This document shows, one piece after another, positions 29,401 to 42,100 of a stretch of 64,000 nucleotides of DNA. The translations under genes were made by a program, and so were the position numbers. Every line of letters begins with the position of its first letter. Within the stretch, counting starts at the first letter, position 1. Source of the stretch: Auanema rhodensis (lineage: Eukaryota; Animalia; Nematoda); NCBI GenBank assembly GCA_964057225.1, contig OZ059894.1, forward strand, positions 24,665,151-24,729,150, written 5' to 3'. The notes under the pieces are model-generated. The model was not told the DNA's origin and searched no databases. It saw only the letters and a program-made list of their open reading frames with translations.

Positions 29401-29974
29401 CCCCATGTCCATATTAGTCTAAAAACAAATTTTTATTGATATTGGTTCATGGTAACCATGACTTTGAAATTTACGTGAACTTTAATTTATGCTAATTAAA
29501 TGTACACGTGATGTGCACTTGGTATGTAACTCGCTTCACGTGAAAGATAAAGAGATGCGGTTTTCAAAATTAGATTCCCCATGTCCATATTAGTCTAAAA
29601 ACAAATTTTTATTGATATTGGTGCATGGTAACCATGACTTTGAAATTTACGTGAACTTTAATTTATGCTAATTAAATGTACACGTGATGTGCACTTGGTA
29701 TGTAACTCGCTTCACGTGAAAGATAAAGAGATGCGGTTTTCAAAATTAGATTCCCCATGTCCATATTAGTCTAAAAACAAATTTTTATTGATATTGGTTC
29801 ATGGTAACCATGACTTTGAAATTTACGTGAACTTTAATTCATGCTAATTAAATGTACACGTGATGTGCACTTGGTATGTAACTCGCTTCACGTGAAAGAT
29901 AAAGAGATGCGGTTTTCAAAATTAGATTCCCCATGTCCATATTAGTCTAAAAACAAATTTTTATTGATATTGGT

Positions 29975-30176
29975 GCATGGTAACCATGACTTTGAAATTT
30001 ACGTGAACTTTAATTTATGCTAATTAAATGTACACTAGATGTACACTTGGTATGTAACTCGCTTCACGTGAAAGATAAAGAGATGCGATTTTCGTGAAAG
30101 GTAAAGAGATGCGGTTTTCAAAATTAGATTCCCCATGTCCATATTAGTCTAAAAACAAATTTTTATTGATATTGGT
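29975..30176. repeat. 202-bp chimeric monomer, copy 2
   Basis: The same junction occurs at 30067-30092 / 30093-30118, 3722 bp downstream of copy 1. Confidence 0.95.
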
Positions 30177-33100
30177 TCATGGTAACCATGACTTTGAAAT
30201 TTACGTGAACTTTAATTTATGCTAATTAAATGTACACGTGATGTGCACTTGGTATGTAACTCGCTTCACCTGAAAGATAAAGAGATGCGGTTTTCAAAAT
30301 TAGATTCCCCATGTCCATATTAGTCTAAAAACAAATTTTTATTGATATTGGTGCATGGTAACCATGACTTTGAAATTTACGTGAACTTTAATTTATGCTA
30401 ATTAAATGTACACGTGATGTGCACTTGGTATGTAACTCGCTTCACGTGAAAGATAAAGAGATGCGGTTTTCAAAATTAGATTCCCCATGTCCATATTAGT
30501 CTAAAAACAAATTTTTATTGATATTGGTTCATGGTAACCATGACTTTGAAATTTACGTGAACTTTAATTTATGCTAATTAAATGTACACGTGATGTGCAC
30601 TTGGTATGTAACTCGCTTCACGTGAAAGATAAAGAGATGCGGTTTTCAAAATTAGATTCCCCATGTCCATATTAGTCTAAAAACAAATTTTTATCGATAT
30701 TGGTGCATGGTAACCATGACTTTGAAATTTACGTGAACTTTAATTTATGCTAATTAAATGTACACGTGATGTGCACTTCGTATGTAACTCGCTTCACGTG
30801 AAAGATGAAGAGATGCGGTTTTCAAAATTAGATTCCCCATGTCCATATTAGTCTAAAAACAAATTTTTATTGATATTGGTGCATGGTAACCATGACTTTG
30901 AAATTTACGTGAACTTTAATTTATGCTAATTAAATGTACACGTGATGTGCACTTGGTATGTAACTCGCTTCACGTGAAAGATAAAGAGATGCGGTTTTCA
31001 AAATTAGATTCCCCATGTCCATATTAGTCTAAAAACAAATTTTTATTGATATTGGTTCATGGTAACCATGACTTTGAAATTTACGTGAACTTTAATTTAT
31101 GCTAATTAAATGTACACGTGATGTGCACTTGGTATGTAACTCGCTTCACGTGAAAGATAAAGAGATGCGGTTTTCAAAATTAGATTCCCCATGTCCATAT
31201 TAGTCTAAAAACAAATTTTTATTGATATTGGTTCATGGTAACCATGACTTTGAAATTTACGTGAACTTTAATTTATGCTAATTAAATGTACACGTGATGT
31301 GCACTTGGTATGTAACTCGCTTCACGTGAAAGATAAAGAGATGCGGTTTTCAAAATTAGATTCCCCATGTCCATATTAGTCTAAAAACAAATTTTTATTG
31401 ATATTGGTGCATGGTAACCATGACTTTGAAATTTACGTGAACTTTAATTTATGCTAATTAAATGTACACTTGATGTACACTTGGTATGTAACTCGCTTCA
31501 CGTGAAAGATAAAGAGATGCGATTTTCAAAATTAGAATCCCCATGTCCATATTAGTCTAAAAACAAATTTTTATTGATATTGGTTCATGGTAACCATGAC
31601 TTTGAAATTTACGTGAACTTTAATTTATGCTAATTAAATGTACACGTGATGTGCACTTGGTATGTAACTCGCTTCACGTGAAAGATGAAGAGATGCGGTT
31701 TTCAAAATTAGATTCCCCATGTCCATATTAGTCTAAAAACAAATTTTTATTGATATTGGTGCATGGTAACCATGACTTTGAAATTTACGTGAACTTTAAT
31801 TTATGCTAATTAAATGTACACGTGATGTGCACTTGGTATGTAACTCGCTTCACGTGAAAGATAAAGAGATGCGGTTTTCAAAATTAGATTCCCCATGTCC
31901 ATATTAGTCTAAAAACAAATTTTTATTGATATTGGTTCATGGTAACCATGACTTTGAAATTTACGTGAACTTTAATTTATGCTAATTAAATGTACACGTG
32001 ATGTGCACTTGGTATGTAACTCGCTTCACGTGAAAGATAAAGAGATGCGGTTTTCAAAATTAGATTCCCCATGTCCATATTAGTCTAAAAACAAATTTTT
32101 ATTGATATTGGTTCATGGTAACCATGACTTTGAAATTTACGTGAACTTTAATTTATGCTAATTAAATGTACACGTGATGTGCACTTGGTATGTAACTCGC
32201 TTCACGTGAAAGATAAAGAGATGCGGTTTTCAAAATTAGATTCCCCATGTCCATATTAGTCTAAAAACAAATTTTTATTGATATTGGTGCATGGTAACCA
32301 TGACTTTGAAATTTACGTGAACTTTAATTTATGCTAATTAAATGTACACTTGATGTACACTTGGTATGTAACTCGCTTCACGTGAAAGATAAAGAGATGC
32401 GATTTTCAAAATTAGAATCCCCATGTCCATATTAGTCTAAAAACAAATTTTTATTGATATTGGTTCATGGTAACCATGACTTTGAAATTTACGTGAACTT
32501 TAATTTATGCTAATTAAATGTACACGTGATGTGCACTTGGTATGTAACTCGCTTCACGTGAAAGATAAAGAGATGCGGTTTTCAAAATTAGATTCCCCAT
32601 GTCCATATTAGTCTAAAAACAAATTTTTATTGATATTGGTTCATGGTAACCATGACTTTGAAATTTACGTGAACTTTAATTTATGCTAATTAAATGTACA
32701 CGTGATGTGCACTTGGTATGTAACTCGCTTCACGTGAAAGATAAAGAGATGCGGTTTTCAAAATTAGATTCCCCATGTCCATATTAGTCTAAAAACAAAT
32801 TTTTATTGATATTGGTTCATGGTAACCATGACTTTGAAATTTACGTGAACTTTAATTTATGCTAATTAAATGTACACGTGATGTGCACTTGGTATGTAAC
32901 TCGCTTCACGTGAAAGATAAAGAGATGCGGTTTTCAAAATTAGATTCCCCATGTCCATATTAGTCTAAAAACAAATTTTTATTGATATTGGTGCATGGTA
33001 ACCATGACTTTGAAATTTACGTGAACTTTAATTTATGCTAATTAAATGTACACTTGATGTACACTTGGTATGTAACTCGCTTCACGTGAAAGATAAAGAG

Positions 33101-36100
33101 ATGCGATTTTCAAAATTAGAATCCCCATGTCCATATTAGTCTAAAAACAAATTTTTATTGATATTGGTGCATGGTAACCATGACTTTGAAATTTACGTGA
33201 ACTTTAATTTATGCTAATTAAATGTACACGTGATGTGCACTTGGTATGTAACTCGCTTCACGTGAAAGATAAAGAGATGCGGTTTTCAAAATTAGATTCC
33301 CCATGTCCATATTAGTCTAAAAACAAATTTTTATTGATATTGGTTCATGGTAACCATGACTTTGAAATTTACGTGAACTTTAATTTATGCTAATTAAATG
33401 TACACGTGATGTGCACTTGGTATGTAACTCGCTTCACGTGAAAGATAAAGAGATGCGGTTTTCAAAATTAGATTCCCCATGTCCATATTAGTCTAAAAAC
33501 AAAGTTTTATTGATATTGGTTCATGGTAACCATGACTTTGAAATTTACGTGAACTTTAATTTATGCTAATTAAATGTACACGTGATGTGCACTTGGTATG
33601 TAACTCGCTTCACGTGAAAGATAAAGAGATGCGGTTTTCAAAATTAGATTCCCCATGTCCATATTAGTCTAAAAACAAATTTTTATTGATATTGGTGCAT
33701 GGTAACCATGACTTTGAAATTTACGTGAACTTTAATTTATGCTAATTAAATGTACACTTGATGTACACTTGGTATGTAACTCGCTTCACGTGAAAGATAA
33801 AGAGATGCGATTTTCAAAATTAGAATCCCCATGTCCATATTAGTCTAAAAACAAATTTTTATTGATATTGGTTCATGGTAACCATGACTTTGAAATTTAC
33901 GTGAACTTTAATTTATGCTAATTAAATGTACACGTGATGTGCACTTGGTATGTAACTCGCTTCACGTGAAAGATAAAGAGATGCGGTTTTCAAAATTAGA
34001 TTCCCCATGTCCATATTAGTCTAAAAACAAATTTTTATTGATATTGGTTCATGGTAACCATGACTTTGAAATTTACGTGAACTTTAATTTATGCTAATTA
34101 AATGTACACGTGATGTGCACTTGGTATGTAACTCGCTTCACGTGAAAGATAAAGAGATGCGGTTTTCAAAATTAGATTCCCCATGTCCATATTAGTCTAA
34201 AAACAAATTTTTATTGATATTGGTTCATGGTAACCATGACTTTGAAATTTACGTGAACTTTAATTTATGCTAATTAAATGTACACGTGATGTGCACTTGG
34301 TATGTAACTCACTTCACGTGAAAGATAAAGAGATGCGGTTTTCAAAATTAGATTCCCCATGTCCATATTAGTCTAAAAACAAATTTTTATTGATATTGGT
34401 GCATGGTAACCATGACTTTGAAATTTACGTGAACTTTAATTTATGCTAATTAAATGTACACTTGATGTACACTTGGTATGTAACTCGCTTCACGTGAAAG
34501 ATAAAGAGATGCGATTTTCAAAATTAGAATCTCCATGTCCATATTAGTCTAAAAACAAATTTTTATTGATATTGGTGCATGGTAACCATGACTTTGAAAT
34601 TTACGTGAACTTTAATTTATGCTAATTAAATGTACACGTGATGTGCACTTGGTATGTAACTCGCTTCACGTGAAAGATAAAGAGATGCGGTTTTCAAAAT
34701 TAGATTCATCATGTCCATATTAGTCTAAAAACAAATTTTTATTGATATTGGTTCATGGTAACCATGACTTTGAAATTTACGTGAACTTTAATTTATGCTA
34801 ATTAAATGTACACGTGATGTGCACTTGGTATGTAACTCGCTTCACGTGAAAGATAAAGAGATGCGGTTTTCAAAATTAGATTCCCCATGTCCATATTAGT
34901 CTAAAAACAAATTTTTATTGATATTGCTTCATGGTAACCATGACTTTGAAATTTACGTGAACTTTAATTTATGCTAATTAAATGTACACGTGATGTGCAC
35001 TTGGTATGTAACTCGCTTCACGTGAAAGATAAAGAGATGCGGTTTTCAAAATTAGATTCCCCATGTCCATATTAGTCTAAAAACAAATTTTTATTGATAT
35101 TGGTTCATGGTAACCATGACTTTGAAATTTACGTGAACTTTAATTTATGCTAATTAAATGTACACGTGATGTGCACTTGGTATGTAACTCGCTTCACGTG
35201 AAAGATAAAGAGATGCGGTATTCTAAATTAGATTCCCCATGTCCATATTAGTCTAAAAACAAATTTTTATTGATATTGGTGCATGGTAACCATGACTTTG
35301 AAATTTACGTGAACTTTAATTTATGCTAATTAAATGTACACGTGATATGCACTTGGTATGTAACTCGCTTCACGTGAAAGATAAAGAGATGCGGTTTTCA
35401 AAATTAGATTCCCCATGTCCATATTAGTCTAAAAACAAATTTTTATTGATATTGCTTCATGGTAACCATGACTTTGAAATTTACGTGAACTTTAATTTAT
35501 GCTAATTAAATGTACACGTGATGTGCACTTGGTATGTAACTCGCTTCACGTGAAAGATAAAGAGATGCGGTTTTCAAAATTAGATTCCCCATGTCCATAT
35601 TAGTCTAAAAACAAATTTTTATTGATATTGGTGCATGGTAACCATGACTTTGAAATTTACGTGAACTTTAATTTATGCTAATTAAATGTACACGTGATGT
35701 GCACTTGGTATGTAACTCGCTTCACGTGAAAGATAAAGAGATGCGGTTTTCAAAATTAGATTCCCCATGTCCATATTAGTCTAAAAACAAATTTTTATTG
35801 ATATTGGTGCATGGTAACCATGACTTTGAAATTTACGTGAACTTTAATTTATGCTAATTAAATGTACACGTGATGTGCACTTGGTATGTAACTCGCTTCA
35901 CGTGAAAGATGAAGAGATGCGGTTTTCAAAATTAGATTCCCCATGTCCATATTAGTCTAAAAACAAATTTTTATTGATATTGGTGCATGGTAACCATGAC
36001 TTTGAAATTTACGTGAACTTTAATTTATGCTAATTAAATGTACACGTGATGTGCACTTGGTATGTAACTCGCTTCACGTGAAAGATAAAGAGATGCGGTT

Positions 36101-39100
36101 TTCAAAATTAGATTCCCCATGTCCATATTAGTCTAAAAACAAATTTTTATTGATATTGGTTCATGGTAACCATGACTTTGAAATTTACGTGAACTTTAAT
36201 TTATGCTAATTAAATGTACACGTGATGTGCACTTGGTATGTAACTCGCTTCACGGGAAAGATAAAGAGATGCGGTTTTCAAAATTAGATTCCCCATGTCC
36301 ATATTAGTCTAAAAACAAATTTTTATTGATATTGGTTCATGGTAACCATGACTTTGAAATTTACGTGAACTTTAATTTATGCTAATTAAATGTACACGTG
36401 ATGTGCACTTGGTATGTAACTCGCTTCACGTGAAAGATAAAGAGATGCGGTTTTCAAAATTAGATTCCCCATGTCCATATTAGTCTAAAAACAAATTTTT
36501 ATTGATATTGGTGCATGGTAACCATGACTTTGAAATTTACGTGAACTTTAATTTATGCTAATTAAATGTACACGTGATGTGCACTTGGTATGTAACTCGC
36601 TTCACGTGAAAGATAAAGAGATGCGGTTTTCAAAATTAGATTCCCCATGTCCATATTAGTCTAAAAACAAATTTTTATTGATATTGGTTCATGGTAACCA
36701 TGACTTTGAAATTTACGTGAACTTTAATTTATGCTAATTAAATGTACACGTGATGTGCACTTGGTATGTAACTCGCTTCACGTGAAAGATAAAGAGATGC
36801 GGTTTTCAAAATTAGATTCCCCATGTCCATATTAGTCTAAAAACAAATTTTTATTGATATTGGTTCATGGTAACCATGACTTTGAAATTTACGTGAACTT
36901 TAATTTATGCTAATTAAATGTACACGTGATGTGCACTTGGTATGTAACTCGCTTCACGTGAAAGATAAAGAGATGCGGTTTTCAAAATTAGATTCCCCAT
37001 GTCCATATTAGTCTAAAAACAAATTTTTATTGATATTGGTGCATGGTAACCATGACTTTGAAATTTACGTGAACTTTAATTTATGCTAATTAAATGTACA
37101 CTTGATGTACACTTGGTATGTAACTCGCTTCACGTGAAAGATAAAGAGATGCGATTTTCAAAATTAGAATCCCCATGTCCATATTAGTCTAAAAACAAAT
37201 TTTTATTGATATTGGTTCATGGTAACCATGACTTTGAAATTTACGTGAACTTTAATTTATGCTAATTAAATGTACACGTGATGTGCACTTGGTATGTAAC
37301 TCGCTTCACGTGAAAGATGAAGAGATGCGGTTTTCAAAATTAGATTCCCCATGTCCATATTAGTCTAAAAACAAATTTTTATTGATATTGGTGCATGGTA
37401 ACCATGACTTTGAAATTTACGTGAACTTTAATTTATGCTAATTAAATGTACACGTGATGTGCACTTGGTATGTAACTCGCTTCACGTGAAAGATAAAGAG
37501 ATGCGGTTTTCAAAATTAGATTCCCCATGTCCATATTAGTCTAAAAACAAATTTTTATTGATATTGGTTCATGGTAACCATGACTTTGAAATTTACGTGA
37601 ACTTTAATTTATGCTAATTAAATGTACACGTGATGTGCACTTGGTATGTAACTCGCTTAACGTGAAAGATAAAGAGATGCGGTTTTCAAAATTAGATTCC
37701 CCATGTCCATATTAGTCTAAAAACAAATTTTTATTGATATTGGTTCATGGTAACCATGACTTTGAAATTTACGTGAACTTTAATTTATGCTAATTAAATG
37801 TACACGTGATGTGCACTTGGTATGTAACTCGCTTCACGTGAAAGATAAAGAGATGCGGTTTTCAAAATTAGATTCCCCATGTCCATATTAGTCTAAAAAC
37901 AAATTTTTATTGATATTGCTTCATGGTAACCATGACTTTGAAATTTACGTGAACTTTAATTTATGCTAATTAAATGTACACGTGATGTGCACTTGGTATG
38001 TAACTCGCTTCACGTGAAAGATAAAGAGATGCGGTTTTCAAAATTAGATTCCCCATGTCCATATTAGTCTAAAAACAAATTTTTATTGATATTGGTTCAT
38101 GGTAACCATGACTTTGAAATTTACGTGAACTTTAATTTATGCTAATTAAATGTACACGTGATGTGCACTTGGTATGTAACTCGCTTCACGTGAAAGATAA
38201 AGAGATGCGGTTTTCAAAATTAGATTCCCCATGTCCATATTAGTCTAAAAACAAATTTTTATTGATATTGGTTCATGGTAACCATGACTTTGAAATTTAC
38301 GTGAACTTTAATTCATGCTAATTAAATGTACACGTGATGTGCACTTGGTATGTAACTCGCTTCACGTGAAAGATAAAGAGATGCGGTTTTCAAAATTAGA
38401 TTCCCCATGTCCATATTAGTCTAAAAACAAATTTTTATTGATATTGGTGCATGGTAACCATGACTTTGAAATTTACGTGAACTTTAATTTATGCTAATTA
38501 AATGTACACTAGATGTACACTTGGTATGTAACTCGCTTCACGTGAAAGATAAAGAGATGCGATTTTCAAAATTAGAATCCCCATGTCCATATTAGTCTAA
38601 AAACAAATTTTTATTGATATTGGTTCATGGTAACCATGACTTTGAAATTTACGTGAACTTTAATTTATGCTAATTAAATGTACACGTGATGTGCACTTGG
38701 TATGTAACTCGCTTCACGTGAAAGATAAAGAGATTCGGTTTTCAAAATTAGATTCCCCATGTCCATATTAGTCTAAAAACAAATTTTTATTGATATTGGT
38801 GCATGGTAACCATGACTTTGAAATTTACGTGAACTTTAATTTATGCTAATTAAATGTACACGTGATGTGCACTTGGTATGTAACTCGCTTCACGTGAAAG
38901 ATAAAGAGATGCGGTTTTCAAAATTAGATTCCCCATGTCCATATTAGTCTAAAAACAAATTTTTATTGATATTGGTTCATGGTAACCATGACTTTGAAAT
39001 TTACGTGAACTTTAATTTATGCTAATTAAATGTACACGTGATGTGCACTTGGTATGTAACTCGCTTCACGTGAAAGATAAAGAGATGCGGTTTTCAAAAT

Positions 39101-42100
39101 TAGATTCCCCATGTCCATATTAGTCTAAAAACAAATTTTTATTGATATTGGTTCATGGTAACCATGACTTTGAAATTTACGTGAACTTTAATTTATGCTA
39201 ATTAAATGTACACGTGATGTGCACTTGGTATGTAACTCGCTTCACGTGAAAGATAAAGAGATGCGGTTTTCAAAATTAGATTCCCCATGTCCATATTAGT
39301 CTAAAAACAAATTTTTATTGATATTGGTGCATGGTAACCATGACTTTGAAATTTACGTGAACTTTAATTTATGCTAATTAAATGTACACTTGATGTACAC
39401 TTGGTATGTAACTCGCTTCACGTGAAAGATAAAGAGATGCGATTTTCAAAATTAGAATCCCCATGTCCATATTAGTCTAAAAACAAATTTTTATTGATAT
39501 TGGTTCATGGTAACCATGACTTTGAAATTTACGTGAACTTTAATTTATGCTAATTAAATGTACACGTGATGTGCACTTGGTATGTAACTCGCTTCACGTG
39601 AAAGATGAAGAGATGCGGTTTTCAAAATTAGATTCCCCATGTCCATATTAGTCTAAAAACAAATTTTTATTGATATTGGTGCATGGTAACCATGACTTTG
39701 AAATTTACGTGAACTTTAATTTATGCTAATTAAATGTACACGTGATGTGCACTTGGTATGTAACTCGCTTCACGTGAAAGATAAAGAGATGCGGTTTTCA
39801 AAATTAGATTCCCCATGTCCATATTAGTCTAAAAACAAATTTTTATTGATATTGGTTCATGGTAACCATGACTTTGAAATTTACGTGAACTTTAATTTAT
39901 GCTAATTAAATGTACACGTGATGTGCACTTGGTATGTAACTCGCTTAACGTGAAAGATAAAGAGATGCGGTTTTCAAAATTAGATTCCCCATGTCCATAT
40001 TAGTCTAAAAACAAATTTTTATTGATATTGGTTCATGGTAACCATGACTTTGAAATTTACGTGAACTTTAATTTATGCTAATTAAATGTACACGTGATGT
40101 GCACTTGGTATGTAACTCGCTTCACGTGAAAGATAAAGAGATGCGGTTTTCAAAATTAGATTCCCCATGTCCATATTAGTCTAAAAACAAATTTTTATTG
40201 ATATTGGTGCATGGTAACCATGACTTTGAAATTTACGTGAACTTTAATTTATGCTAATTAAATGTACACGTGATGTGCACTTGGTATGTAACTCGCTTCA
40301 CGTGAAAGATGAAGAGATGCGGTTTTCAAAATTAGATTCCCCATGTCCATATTAGTCTAAAAACAAATTTTTATTGATATTGGTGCATGGTAACCATGAC
40401 TTTGAAATTTACGTGAACTTTAATTTATGCTAATTAAATGTACACGTGATGTGCACTTGGTATGTAACTCGCTTCACGTGAAAGATAAAGAGATGCGGTT
40501 TTCAAAATTAGATTCCCCATGTCCATATTAGTCTAAAAACAAATTTTTATTGATATTGGTTCATGGTAACCATGACTTTGAAATTTACGTGAACTTTAAT
40601 TTATGCTAATTAAATGTACACGTGATGTGCACTTGGTATGTAACTCGCTTCACGTGAAAGATAAAGAGATGCGGTTTTCAAAATTAGATTCCCCATGTCC
40701 ATATTAGTCTAAAAACAAATTTTTATTGATATTGGTTCATGGTAACCATGACTTTGAAATTTACGTGAACTTTAATTCATGCTAATTAAATGTACACGTG
40801 ATGTGCACTTGGTATGTAACTCGCTTCACGTGAAAGATAAAGAGATGCGGTTTTCAAAATTAGATTCCCCATGTCCATATTAGTCTAAAAACAAATTTTT
40901 ATTGATATTGGTGCATGGTAACCATGACTTTGAAATTTACGTGAACTTTAATTTATGCTAATTAAATGTACACTAGATGTACACTTGGTATGTAACTCGC
41001 TTCACGTGAAAGATAAAGAGATGCGATTTTCAAAATTAGAATCCCCATGTCCATATTAGTCTAAAAACAAATTTTTATTGATATTGGTTCATGGTAACCA
41101 TGACTTTGAAATTTACGTGAACTTTAATTTATGCTAATTAAATGTACACGTGATGTGCACTTGGTATGTAACTCGCTTCACGTGAAAGATAAAGAGATGC
41201 GGTTTTCAAAATTAGATTCCCCATGTCCATATTAGTCTAAAAACAAATTTTTATTGATATTGGTGCATGGTAACCATGACTTTGAAATTTACGTGAACTT
41301 TAATTTATGCTAATTAAATGTACACGTGATGTGCACTTGGTATGTAACTCGCTTCACGTGAAAGATAAAGAGATGCGGTTTTCAAAATTAGATTCCCCAT
41401 GTCCATATTAGTCTAAAAACAAATTTTTATTGATATTGGTTCATGGTAACCATGACTTTGAAATTTACGTGAACTTTAATTTATGCTAATTAAATGTACA
41501 CGTGATGTGCACTTGGTATGTAACTCGCTTCACGTGAAAGATAAAGAGATGCGGTTTTCAAAATTAGATTCCCCATGTCCATATTAGTCTAAAAACAAAT
41601 TTTTATTGATATTGGTGCATGGTAACCATGACTTTGAAATTTACGTGAACTTTAATTTATGCTAATTAAATGTACACTTGATGTACACTTGGTATGTAAC
41701 TCGCTTCACGTGAAAGATAAAGAGATGCGATTTTCAAAATTAGAATCCCCATGTCCATATTAGTCTAAAAACAAATTTTTATTGATATTGGTTCATGGTA
41801 ACCATGACTTTGAAATTTACGTGAACTTTAATTTATGCTAATTAAATGTACACGTGATGTGCACTTGGTATGTAACTCGCTTCACGTGAAAGATAAAGAG
41901 ATGCGGTTTTCAAAATTAGATTCCCCATGTCCATATTAGTCTAAAAACAAATTTTTATTGATATTGGTGCATGGTAACCATGACTTTGAAATTTACGTGA
42001 ACTTTAATTTATGCTAATTAAATGTACACGTGATGTGCACTTGGTATGTAACTCGCTTCACGTGAAAGATAAAGAGATGCGGTTTTCAAAATTAGATTCC

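Larger units (their letters stand above)
21853..41792. repeat. Sub-domain marked by a 4-SNP variant monomer (CACTTGATGTACAC / GCGATTTT / GAATCCCC)
   Basis: The variant starts at 21853, 22733, 23437, 26253, 27687, 28919, 29975, 31409, 32289, 32993, 33697, 34401, 37041, 38449, 39329, 40913 and 41617, with a partial copy at 27511. Spacing is 704 bp (tetramer) from 32289 to 34401. Confidence 0.88.
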
